64,000 nucleotides of DNA from Flavobacteriales bacterium (GTDB taxonomy: Bacteria > Bacteroidota > Bacteroidia > Palsa-965), in contig NSIF01000004.1 of the NCBI GenBank assembly GCA_002737665.1, positions 2,228-66,227 of the forward strand, in the 5' to 3' direction. This document shows positions 34,951-44,103 of this stretch, piece by piece. The position numbers were made by a program, and so were the translations under genes. The number at the start of each line of letters is the position of its first letter. The stretch's first letter is position 1. The notes under the pieces are model-generated. The model was not told where the DNA came from, searched no databases, and saw only the letters and a program-made list of their open reading frames with translations.

Positions 34951-35355
34951 TTACTCGCTGAGTTGCATCACTCGCATAAACTCTTCTTTTGTAACAGGCA
35001 TAACCGAAAGTCTTGCGATCCGAACGAGTGGCATATTTTTTAATGTTGAGTCTGCTTTAACTATGGAAAGTTGAACAGCATTTTTTAATTTTTTCAGTGG
35101 TTTAAGATCTACACAAATCCAAGCGTTTTCGATTGTTGTTGGATCTTGGTATGCTTCTTTGGTCACCTTTGCAATGCCAACAATTTCCTTACCAATATTG
35201 CTGTGATAAAAGAGTACCTCATCGCCCTTTTTCATTGCGCGAAGGTAAATTCTCGCAGCATAATTGCGTACGCCAGTCCATTGCGTTACGCCATCTTTAT
35301 TAAATTGTTCCCAGGAGTAGGTAGTGGGTTCTGATTTAACTAACCAATAATTCAT
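34951..35355 (-). CDS. EVE (PUA-like) domain protein
   Basis: 134 aa, MNYWLVKSEP..YSW..........W.GVRNY.AR..LR.MK.GD.VLFYHSN is the characteristic EVE/thymocyte-nuclear-protein-1-like N-terminus. Confidence 0.85.
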   Translation of the reverse strand: MNYWLVKSEPTTYSWEQFNKDGVTQWTGVRNYAARIYLRAMKKGDEVLFYHSNIGKEIVGIAKVTKEAYQDPTTIENAWICVDLKPLKKLKNAVQLSIVKADSTLKNMPLVRIARLSVMPVTKEEFMRVMQLSE

Positions 35356-35401
35356 TCTTGTTATTTTTAGCTTCTTTGAATTCGTTTACTAATGTTTATT
35401 A

Positions 35402-36400
35402 TTAATGTAAAATTTTCCACACCAATTCCTTTAATAATTCGCCGTCCTTGGCGCTTAAATTATCCATTCCTTTTGAGCGTAAATCATATTCCCTCAACCA
35501 AGAAAAAATTTCTTTTAATTTTGTCAAAGGATAATTTTTTGCAGCGGCTATATAGTCGTTGACATAAAATGGATGAACACCTAAGGCCTTTGCCGCGTTC
35601 TCTTTTGATTTATCTTCAAGACCGTGATAACGTAATAATTTTACAAAAAAAGAGTGGAGAGAGGAAATGGTCAGTACAAGTGGATGTTCTTTTGAATTTT
35701 CAGCAAAATAATTTACAATACGATTTGCTTTTAAAACGTCTCTTTTTGTTAATGCATTATTTAGTTCAAAGGAATTAAAATCTTTGCTAATTCCAATATT
35801 TGTTTGGATGTGATCGGGTGTAATTTCTGTTCCTTCCGGTAGGTTTATCATTAACTTCTCCAGTTCATTGACAATTTTTCCGAGGTCAACGCCGAGGAAT
35901 TCAGTTAAAAGTTGGGACGATTTTGGACTAACAGTATATTTTCTTTCTTTCAAGTACCCTTCAATCCAATCTGGAATTTTATTTTCATATAATTTTACGG
36001 ATTCAAATAAAACGCCTTTTTTAGCAACTGTCTTAGGAAATGTTTTTCGTTTGTCGAGCGTTTTATATTTGTAACAAATAACTAAAATCGTAGAACTGAG
36101 CGGATTTTCAATGTATGAAGTTAACTCTTCAATATTTTTTATGTTTTGAGCTTCTTTAACGATGACGACCATTTTGTCGGACATCATAGGATACCGTTTG
36201 GCTTCGCCTATGATAGTGGCCACATCTGTATCACGACCATATAAAATAGTTTGGTTGAATTCTTTTTCGGCATCGCCCATAACTTTTTTTTCAATGAAAT
36301 CTGAAATTAAGTCAATGAAATAGGGTTCTTCGCCAGAAAGAAAATAAACGGGTTTATAAATTTTCTTTTTTAGTTCTGATATAATATCGTTGAAATTCAC
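35402..36400 (-). CDS. holA: DNA polymerase III delta subunit
   Basis: 332 aa with a GTG start (no nearby in-frame ATG). ...KPVYFLSGEEPYFID......E........EFN..ILYG.D is typical of HolA. Confidence 0.85.
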   Translation of the reverse strand: MNFNDIISELKKKIYKPVYFLSGEEPYFIDLISDFIEKKVMGDAEKEFNQTILYGRDTDVATIIGEAKRYPMMSDKMVVIVKEAQNIKNIEELTSYIENPLSSTILVICYKYKTLDKRKTFPKTVAKKGVLFESVKLYENKIPDWIEGYLKERKYTVSPKSSQLLTEFLGVDLGKIVNELEKLMINLPEGTEITPDHIQTNIGISKDFNSFELNNALTKRDVLKANRIVNYFAENSKEHPLVLTISSLHSFFVKLLRYHGLEDKSKENAAKALGVHPFYVNDYIAAAKNYPLTKLKEIFSWLREYDLRSKGMDNLSAKDGELLKELVWKILH

Positions 36401-36474
36401 GGGCAGATTTGCTGGAAAGTGATAGTAATAATTAGCATAACTCTTCGATAATAAGTAAACTTTTGTTTTTACAA

Positions 36475-37245
36475 TTAGAATTGTAAATGTTTGATGGTAA
36501 TTCCGTTATTAATTAATTCTTTGAGTGAATCAATTCCAATTTGTAGGTGGTCTGTTACAAAATCTTGGGTTACTTGCTTATCACTTTCTTCTGTTTTTAC
36601 ACCATCAGGTGTCATGGGTTGGTCGGAAACCAATAAGAGTGCCCCAGTAGATATTTCATTGTGAAAGCCCACTGAAAAAATAGTTGCTGTTTCCATATCT
36701 ATTGCCATTGCACGAATTGACCGAAGGTATTTTTTAAAGGCATCATCATGTTCCCAAACCCTACGATTGGTGGTGTACACTGTTCCTGTCCAATAATCTT
36801 TTTGATGATTCCGAATTGCTGTTGATATTGCTTTTTGTAAACTAAATGCTGGTAGAGCGGGTACTTCGGGGGGGAAATAATCATTGCTTGTTCCTTCTCC
36901 TCGTATAGCAGCAATTGGTAAAATTAAATCACCAAGTTTATTTTTCTTTTTTAATCCGCCACATTTACCTAAAAATAAAACTCCTTTAGGATGAATAGCT
37001 TTAATTAAATCCATTACTGTAGCTGCCATCGCACTACCCATACCAAAGTTGATTATTGAAATTCCGTTGGCATGCGCACTCATCATAGGTTTATCAACTC
37101 CTTGCACTTCTACGCCGTGCATTTTTGCAAACTGTTGCACATACCCACTAAAATTTGTTAGCAGAATGTATTTCCCCCAGTCGATTAATTTAATTCCTGT
37201 GTAACGCGGAAGCCAGTTGGCAACAATCTCCTCTTTAGTTTTCAT
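36475..37245 (-). CDS. amn: AMP nucleosidase, short catalytic-domain-only form (PNP/UDP phosphorylase fold)
   Basis: 256 aa. ...NWLPRYTG...FG.YILLTNF..YV..FA... and GMGS..AAT.MDL... resemble the C-terminal catalytic domain of Amn. It lacks the N-terminal regulatory domain of the E. coli enzyme. Confidence 0.7.
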   Translation of the reverse strand: MKTKEEIVANWLPRYTGIKLIDWGKYILLTNFSGYVQQFAKMHGVEVQGVDKPMMSAHANGISIINFGMGSAMAATVMDLIKAIHPKGVLFLGKCGGLKKKNKLGDLILPIAAIRGEGTSNDYFPPEVPALPAFSLQKAISTAIRNHQKDYWTGTVYTTNRRVWEHDDAFKKYLRSIRAMAIDMETATIFSVGFHNEISTGALLLVSDQPMTPDGVKTEESDKQVTQDFVTDHLQIGIDSLKELINNGITIKHLQF

Positions 37246-37335
37246 GGCTTTGATTGAAATGAAAAATTCACTTATTGTTTTCTGCTCTTTATTAAATGAT
37301 ATACAAATATACGGTAAGCTTAATCTAATTTCATT

Positions 37336-37343
37336 TAACTTTG
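37336..37343 (+). promoter_or_regulatory. -7 promoter-type octamer upstream of the HsdR_N-like gene
   Basis: TAACTTTG matches TAnnTTTG and lies 38 nt before the ATG at 37382. Confidence 0.3.
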
Positions 37344-37381
37344 TGACATAAGGAAATATTTTTTGATTATTCTTTCAATTT

Positions 37382-37846
37382 ATGTCTAGCATAGCTTTTC
37401 CCAGATTAAATTTCCCAAGCTATGCATTCAGGTTAAAAACAGTTGGTTCTCGCAATAAAATTTTTGATGAAGTTAGAAAATGTTGGGTGCTATTGACTCC
37501 AGAGGAGTGGGTTCGACAACATACTGTAAGGTGGCTAGTTGAAGAAAAAAAATATGCCTCAAGTTTACTTGCATTGGAGAAATCTATTGAAGTAAATGGC
37601 TTGGAAAAACGGTGTGATATTGTTGCTTACAACACCATGGGTAAACCAATTTTGATAGTGGAGTGTAAGGCGGCAAGTGTTGAAATTTCACAAGAAGTTT
37701 TTGACCAAACGGCACGATATAATTTAACGCTTGAGGTAGATTTATTTTTGATTACTAATGGCTTACGTCATTTTTGTTGCTCCATTAATCATGAAAACAA
37801 AAGCTATAATTTCCTACCAGAATTACCTTCATTTTTAGATTTTTAA
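37382..37846 (+). CDS. Stand-alone type I restriction enzyme HsdR N-terminal-like PD-(D/E)XK domain protein
   Basis: 154 aa. ...RCDIVAYNTMGKPILIVECKAASVEI gives the D...E-x-K nuclease core. The size and layout match the HsdR_N single-domain proteins common in Bacteroidota. Confidence 0.7.
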   Translation: MSSIAFPRLNFPSYAFRLKTVGSRNKIFDEVRKCWVLLTPEEWVRQHTVRWLVEEKKYASSLLALEKSIEVNGLEKRCDIVAYNTMGKPILIVECKAASVEISQEVFDQTARYNLTLEVDLFLITNGLRHFCCSINHENKSYNFLPELPSFLDF

Positions 37847-37957
37847 GCTATTTAGTGATTAAGCACAGAAAAAACTCATTTCCTTGCCTTTAATAAAAAT
37901 GTTATCGTTACTTTTACTCTCCGCTTTTTTACAAATTTTATATTTTAAAAAGAAATT

Positions 37958-40870
37958 ATGAAAAAAATAATTACACTTGTTTTAGTCACAGTTTTTACGA
38001 GTTATTTAATTGCTCAAAATGATGAAATAGGAAGTAGGGCAATTGCTGTTTCAGGTCAACATTATACACCAGCTTCTAGTTTGCAGGCTGATGATTACAT
38101 GGCAAACACACTTATTATTAAGGTACTTCCAGCGCATAGAAGCTTGTGCTTGGCTGAACAAATTTCGATTCCTTCGGTTATCAATTGTTTTACGATGTTG
38201 GGAGTAGACCACATCAAGAAAATTTACCCACGTCACAAAGCACCAGAAAAAGCATTTAATAAATGGGGAGCTCCCATGGTTGACCTTTCTCTTATTTATG
38301 AAGTTCATTATACAGGTGGTTTGGAACTTGATAAAGCAATCGGCAAACTTTATAATCAAGGTGTTTTCGAATATGTAGAACCTCATTACATCCCTAAAAC
38401 CACATTAGTACCAAACGATCCAAAATCTGCTAATAATACTTCCAATAATGGACAGTACCATTTATATACAGTACATGCTGCAGGTACTACGCAAAGTGGA
38501 TGGGATATCAGCACAGGAAACGCATCTGTTGTGATTGGAATTACTGATACGGGCACAGAACTTGCACACGTTGATTTGGTAAACCAACTCGCTCACAACC
38601 TTGCTGATCCAATTAATAATATGGATGACGATGGTGATGGTTATATTGATAATTACACGGGTTGGGATGTTGGAATGAATGACAATAATACTTCTTGGCA
38701 GGGTAATGCACATGGTGTTGCTGTTTGTGGTGATGCTGCTGAGCAATGTAACAATGGTATAGGCGCTTGCGGAACAGCATATAATTGCAAGTTTATGCCA
38801 ATAAAAATTTCTGATGCCTCAGGCGCACTTATTGCCTCTTATGATGGAATAACCTATGCCGCTGATCATGGTTGTAAAGTTATTAATTGCTCTTGGGGTG
38901 GTTTAGGTGGTGGCTCTTACGGTCAGGGAATTATTGATTACGCAACAAATAATATGGATGCTCTTGTTGTAGTAGCAGCAGGTAATAATGGTGCTGATCA
39001 GGCATTTTTTCCTGCTGGTTATGACCGTGTTTTAAGTGTTGCTGCTACAGATAATAGCGATGCTCATGCTGGCTTTACAAATTATGGGTATTCGGTTGAT
39101 GTTTGTTCTCCAGGTGTAAATATTAATGCTTCTTGGACCAATAATTCTTATTCGCAAAATAGTGGAACATCAATGGCTGCTCCAGTTGCTGCTGGATGTG
39201 CAGCTGTAGTTAGATCTTTTTATCCATCTTACAGTGCTTCGCAAACATGGGCACGCTTAAAACAAACGTCCGACAATATTTACACTCTACCTTCAAATAG
39301 TTCAGCAACCTATGCTAATAAATTAGGTACTGGTAGAATCAACCTTTACAGAGCATTGACTGACCCTGCTGGACCTTCAATCACTTATAGCAATGTTAAT
39401 TTTAGCGATAATAACAATAACGTGTTTGTACAAAATGACACTTTGCGAATTACAGGTGATTTTTTAAACTTGCTAAGTCCGACAGTAAACTTGCAATCAA
39501 CTCTCACAGTTGTGACTGGTGCTCCTTACGTTACGATTCTTGATAATTCACATTCAGTAGGCGTCCTTGGAACATTAGCAACTGTCAACCATTTTGCAGA
39601 CCCATTTCAGGTTAAAATTCTGTCAACTACGCCTATTAATCAGCAAATAGTTTTCAAATTAACAATGACCGATGGCTTATATACAGAAAATACATTTTTC
39701 TCAGTAATTGTCAATGTAGATTACATCAATGTTACTGTAAATGATGTTTGGACAACAATCACATCCAAGGGATTAATTGGCTATAATTTACCTGGTCAAT
39801 TACAGGGTTTAGGTTTCATTTACTTGCCCTACAGTCCAACAGCAACCTTGATGTATGAATCTAGTTTTGCCGTTGGTTCATCTTCTTCAAAGGTTGATGA
39901 TATGGTTCGCGGGGCCGTTAATGGCAATACAGACGTTGACTTTTCATCTGTCTATTCCGTCCGCACTGTTCCTGCTACAGTTTCAAATTTCGATCTTGAT
40001 GGAAAATTTCGCGATAATGTTTCGCCATCTCCATTACCGATAACAGTGCATCATAAAGCATATGCTTGGAGTGCAATTCCACATCGTAAATATGTAATTG
40101 TTCAATACATGATTGCAAACACAGGCACAAATGCACTTAATAATGTTTACGCGGGCATTATGACAGATTGGGATATTGATCCATCTACCTATGGTTCCAA
40201 TAGAACTGGTTATGATGCAGTAAATAAAATGGGGTATGCATTTTATACAGCAGCAAATGGCACCTATTGTGGTGTAAAGCTATTGACTATTACAGCGCCT
40301 GCTAATCATTATGGAATTGATCTTATTGCTGGTGGAGCTGGTGGAGTAGATCTTTCTGACGGTTATTCAACTTCTGAAAAATACACAACCCTTACAACAC
40401 CAAGAGCTGTGGCTGGTGCTAGTGGTAATGGAGAGGATGTTATGGATGTAGTTTCTACTGGTCCATATGCAATACCTGCAAATGATTCTATAAAAGTTGC
40501 CTTTGCTTTAATTGCAGGAGATAATTTAGCAGACCTTCAGGCAAGTGCAATAGATGCACAAACTATGTATGATAATTTCGGACCTCTTGCTGTGCTTGAT
40601 CCCGTTATCAATTCGCCGGTTTTGAATACCTATCCAAATCCAACTTCTGGATTAACTGACGTTACCTATAATCTTTCTCAAGCTGGAAATTGTGAGATTC
40701 GTTTATTAGATGGCTCTGGTCGACTGCTAGGAATTCTTGCTAAAGGTGAAAAATCTATTGGCAATTACACCACAACTTTTGACTGTGCTGTATTGCCGGA
40801 AGGAATGTATTTTATACAAATGCAAACTAACAGCGGACTGCTCACAAAGAAAATAGTAGTAGTCCATTAG
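37958..40870 (+). CDS. Secreted S8 (subtilisin-like) serine peptidase with T9SS type-A C-terminal sorting domain
   Basis: 970 aa with a signal peptide. The catalytic triad contexts are GITDTG (D), NAHGVAVCG (H) and GTSMAAP (S). The C-terminal ~80 aa (YPNPTSG...MYFIQMQTNSG...KKIVVVH) is a type-A T9SS CTD. Confidence 0.9.
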   Translation: MKKIITLVLVTVFTSYLIAQNDEIGSRAIAVSGQHYTPASSLQADDYMANTLIIKVLPAHRSLCLAEQISIPSVINCFTMLGVDHIKKIYPRHKAPEKAFNKWGAPMVDLSLIYEVHYTGGLELDKAIGKLYNQGVFEYVEPHYIPKTTLVPNDPKSANNTSNNGQYHLYTVHAAGTTQSGWDISTGNASVVIGITDTGTELAHVDLVNQLAHNLADPINNMDDDGDGYIDNYTGWDVGMNDNNTSWQGNAHGVAVCGDAAEQCNNGIGACGTAYNCKFMPIKISDASGALIASYDGITYAADHGCKVINCSWGGLGGGSYGQGIIDYATNNMDALVVVAAGNNGADQAFFPAGYDRVLSVAATDNSDAHAGFTNYGYSVDVCSPGVNINASWTNNSYSQNSGTSMAAPVAAGCAAVVRSFYPSYSASQTWARLKQTSDNIYTLPSNSSATYANKLGTGRINLYRALTDPAGPSITYSNVNFSDNNNNVFVQNDTLRITGDFLNLLSPTVNLQSTLTVVTGAPYVTILDNSHSVGVLGTLATVNHFADPFQVKILSTTPINQQIVFKLTMTDGLYTENTFFSVIVNVDYINVTVNDVWTTITSKGLIGYNLPGQLQGLGFIYLPYSPTATLMYESSFAVGSSSSKVDDMVRGAVNGNTDVDFSSVYSVRTVPATVSNFDLDGKFRDNVSPSPLPITVHHKAYAWSAIPHRKYVIVQYMIANTGTNALNNVYAGIMTDWDIDPSTYGSNRTGYDAVNKMGYAFYTAANGTYCGVKLLTITAPANHYGIDLIAGGAGGVDLSDGYSTSEKYTTLTTPRAVAGASGNGEDVMDVVSTGPYAIPANDSIKVAFALIAGDNLADLQASAIDAQTMYDNFGPLAVLDPVINSPVLNTYPNPTSGLTDVTYNLSQAGNCEIRLLDGSGRLLGILAKGEKSIGNYTTTFDCAVLPEGMYFIQMQTNSGLLTKKIVVVH

Positions 40871-40885
40871 CAATTAATGAATTTT

Positions 40886-40919
40886 AAAAGCCGTCTTCTA
40901 AATGGGGACGGCTTTTTTT
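40886..40919 (+). terminator. Rho-independent terminator after the S8 peptidase gene
   Basis: AAAAGCCGTC (40886..40895) pairs with GACGGCTTTT (40907..40916), followed by a T-run through 40919. It lies 16 nt after the stop codon. Confidence 0.75.
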
Positions 40920-40962
40920 ATGGAATAAATCAAATCATTTATCTTAAATTCTATTCAAATCG

Positions 40963-40970
40963 TACTTTTG
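40963..40970 (+). promoter_or_regulatory. -7 promoter-type octamer for the 40988..43801 three-gene unit
   Basis: TACTTTTG matches TAnnTTTG and lies 17 nt before the ATG at 40988. Confidence 0.35.
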
Positions 40971-40987
40971 TACAAATAAATTAAATT

Positions 40988-41527
40988 ATGGATATCAGTA
41001 ATGTTATTTCAATGACGGGAATGCCCGGATTATATAAGGTGATCGCACAATCTAAAGGAGGAGTAATTGTGGAGTCTTTAATTGATAAAAAGCGTTTCCC
41101 TGCTTATGCTTCGAACAGAATAAGTACGCTTGAAGACATCAGCATTTATACTACTGGCGATGATCTTCCGTTGAAAGAAGTATATCAGAAAATTTTTGAA
41201 AAAGAAAATGGAGGACTTTGTATTGATCCGAAAGCTTCAGACGAAAAGGCCTTGCGTGCATACATTGAATCCGTTGTTCCTGCTTACGATAAAGAGCGTG
41301 TACATATTTCTGATTTACGGAAACTTTTTACATGGTATAATTTACTTCATGGGACTGGGCATTTAGTTGCAGAAGCTCCAAAGGACGAAGACGGCAAGGA
41401 TAAATTATCAATTGACAAATCAAATTTAAATACAACTCACAAAAACGAGGTTGTTAAGAAACAGGATTTGAAATCTAATGCGCCGAACGTGAAAGCTGCT
41501 GGCATACGCAAATCAGGTTTAGCATAA
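40988..41527 (+). CDS. Conserved Bacteroidota protein of unknown function (DUF5606-like)
   Basis: 179 aa. The N-terminus ...ISMTGMPGLYKVIAQSKGGVIVESLIDKKRFPAY....ISTLEDISIYT resembles the DUF5606 family as I remember it. The C-terminal half is Lys-rich. Confidence 0.55.
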   Translation: MDISNVISMTGMPGLYKVIAQSKGGVIVESLIDKKRFPAYASNRISTLEDISIYTTGDDLPLKEVYQKIFEKENGGLCIDPKASDEKALRAYIESVVPAYDKERVHISDLRKLFTWYNLLHGTGHLVAEAPKDEDGKDKLSIDKSNLNTTHKNEVVKKQDLKSNAPNVKAAGIRKSGLA

Positions 41528-41538
41528 ACATTGCCTTT

Positions 41539-43266
41539 ATGGATGTCGTCAGTTCAGTTTCAGCTAATCAACTGAAAAGAAAATTTCTTTCCGATACTTT
41601 TTCTTTTGTTAATTGGGCAACTGTTGAACCCTGGTTCCAAAAACTCTCTGAGCGTGAAATAGATTCTGAAGCGGAATTGTTGATTTGGTTAGCAGATTAT
41701 AGCGAACTCGATGCGGCATTCGATGAGGAAATGGCATGGCGTTACATTCGCTCTACTTGTGATACTGTAAATGCTGATTTTGCTCAGGCCTATGAATTTT
41801 TTGTATCCGAAATTGAACCAAACGCAGCACCTTGGTTTCAGCAATTAAATTCTAAAATTGATTCTTGTGTATTCAAGAATGATTTAGATCCAAAAGTATA
41901 TGCTGTTTTTTTACGAACTATTTATAATGATATTGCAATTTACCGTGAGAAAAATATCCCACTATTTACTGAGATTGATAAGCTGAAACAAGCTTATGGT
42001 AAAATAATGGGAGACATGATGGTGGTGATGGAGGGAAATGAAATTACACTCCAAAAAGCATCTAATTATTTTAAGCTACAAGACCGTTCGCTTCGTCGTG
42101 AGGCCTATGATAAAATTTGGAATCGTCGTTTAACTGATCGAATAGCTTTTGATAAGTTGTTTGATCAACTATGTGTACTTCGCCAGGAAGTAGCTTCAAA
42201 TGCTGGATTTGAAAATTTCCGGGATTATAGTTTTGCTGCGCTTGGACGATTTGATTATACGAAAGAAGATTGTTTTAGATTTCATCAAGCTGTTGCCTTG
42301 GAGGTTGTGCCATTTATTTCTGAATTAGAAGTTTTTAGAAAGGAGTCACTTGGCTTAACAGAATTATTTCCTTTCGATCTTTCAGTTGACCTTACAGGGA
42401 AGTCGGCGCTAATTCCATTTAGTAATGGAGAGGATTTGTTAGCTAAAACTATTGAATGTCTTGGTCGTGTTCGACCTGCTTATTCAGAATATATTTCTAC
42501 AATGCGTAGGATGGGGCACTTTGATCTCGACTCAAGAAAAGGGAAAGCTCCTGGGGGATATAATTACCCACTTTCAGAGACAGGAGTTCCTTTTATTTTC
42601 ATGAATTCTGTTGGTTCACATAATGATTTAATTACAATGGTACATGAAGCAGGGCATGCTATTCATTCATTTTTAGAAAATCCATTGCCGAATACTTTTT
42701 TGAAAGGACCTCCATCTGAAGTATGTGAACTAGCAAGTATGTCGATGGAATTAATATCGATGGAACATTGGGATGTATTTTATACTGATGCTGAAGAATT
42801 GAAGCGTGCTCGTCGCGATCAATTGGAAAAAGTTTTGGAGACACTTCCTTGGGTAGCAACAGTTGATGAATTTCAACATTGGATTTATGAACACAAAGGT
42901 CATACTGCCGAAGAACGATCAGCTGCTTGGAGTAAAATTATGTTGAAGTATGAATCGCCCATTATTTGTTGGAAAGGATTTGAAGAGGTACAAAAAAATA
43001 ATTGGCACAAGCAATTACATATTTTCGAAGTTCCATTTTATTACATTGAATATGGAATGGCACAATTAGGAGCAATAGCTGTTTGGAGAAATTACCTTAC
43101 AAACCCTGAAGCTGCTTTAGATGGTTATGAAGCCGCATTAAAATTGGGTTATACACAGCCAATCGGGGAAATTTATGAAGCTGCAGGTATCAAATTTGAT
43201 TTTTCTCAGGAATATGTTTGTGAATTGGTAAACTTTGTCCGAAAAGAACTAAATTTAATCAATTAA
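41539..43266 (+). CDS. M3-family oligoendopeptidase (PepF-like)
   Basis: 575 aa with the zinc motif HEAGHAIH and a downstream E (...EVCELASMSME). The overall length and helical composition fit oligoendopeptidase F-type enzymes. No signal peptide. Confidence 0.87.
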   Translation: MDVVSSVSANQLKRKFLSDTFSFVNWATVEPWFQKLSEREIDSEAELLIWLADYSELDAAFDEEMAWRYIRSTCDTVNADFAQAYEFFVSEIEPNAAPWFQQLNSKIDSCVFKNDLDPKVYAVFLRTIYNDIAIYREKNIPLFTEIDKLKQAYGKIMGDMMVVMEGNEITLQKASNYFKLQDRSLRREAYDKIWNRRLTDRIAFDKLFDQLCVLRQEVASNAGFENFRDYSFAALGRFDYTKEDCFRFHQAVALEVVPFISELEVFRKESLGLTELFPFDLSVDLTGKSALIPFSNGEDLLAKTIECLGRVRPAYSEYISTMRRMGHFDLDSRKGKAPGGYNYPLSETGVPFIFMNSVGSHNDLITMVHEAGHAIHSFLENPLPNTFLKGPPSEVCELASMSMELISMEHWDVFYTDAEELKRARRDQLEKVLETLPWVATVDEFQHWIYEHKGHTAEERSAAWSKIMLKYESPIICWKGFEEVQKNNWHKQLHIFEVPFYYIEYGMAQLGAIAVWRNYLTNPEAALDGYEAALKLGYTQPIGEIYEAAGIKFDFSQEYVCELVNFVRKELNLIN

Positions 43267-43276
43267 TTATTGTTGA

Positions 43277-43801
43277 ATGATTAAGCCACCTGTTTCTGGA
43301 TCTTACGCTCCGTATTACGAAACCTATATCAAAAGATTGGTAGGGACTGACGCTATAAAATTATTAGAGTCATCGTTGCTTGATTTCAAATTTTTACTTT
43401 CTGAAGTTTCTGATGAAAAAGAAAACTTTCGCTATGAACCAAGCAAGTGGTCTGTGAAAGAAGTTGTGGGTCATGTTATAGATACAGAAAGAATTATGTG
43501 TAGTCGTGCTTTATGTATTGCGCGTGGTGAAAAAAAAGCATTAGCTGGATTTAATGAAGTTGAATATGTTTCAATGGCACAATTTGATAATCGTACGCTT
43601 TACGATCTTAGTCACGAATTTGGTTTTGTTCGTGCCGCTACGATTTCACTTTTTAAATCATTAAGAGATGAGGATTTAGATAGGAGTGGAACAGCAGATA
43701 ATAATTTAATAACGGCACGCTCTATACTTTTTATTATAGCTGGTCATCATTTGCACCACCAATCAGTTTTGAAAGAAAAATATATACTAGAAATACCTTA
43801 G
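43277..43801 (+). CDS. DinB-family (four-helix bundle, metal-binding) protein
   Basis: 174 aa. The His triad contexts VGHVIDTERI and IAGHHLHH are typical of the DinB_2 / YfiT-like family. Confidence 0.8.
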   Translation: MIKPPVSGSYAPYYETYIKRLVGTDAIKLLESSLLDFKFLLSEVSDEKENFRYEPSKWSVKEVVGHVIDTERIMCSRALCIARGEKKALAGFNEVEYVSMAQFDNRTLYDLSHEFGFVRAATISLFKSLRDEDLDRSGTADNNLITARSILFIIAGHHLHHQSVLKEKYILEIP

Positions 43802-44103
43802 GTGTTTTTATGTATGACTTTTCTCTTGGCTTAAGTGATAATAGTGCACTAGGCTAGGTAATAAAATTTAATTTTTCTTAGAAATATATTTATCAATTAT
43901 TAAACTTTGTTCAAAAAAAATTAAGTTTAATAATTTATTCTTTACTTATAGTAACTCTAGCTATTTTTGTATGCAATTATACGTGGTATTAAAATTTAAT
44001 TAAAGAGTTTATAGTTTTTATTTTTATAGGAAATGAAAAAATAATTTATTTTAATTACTCTTTTACTTTTTTTTAATTATTTAATAAAAAAATTTAATTT
44101 TAT

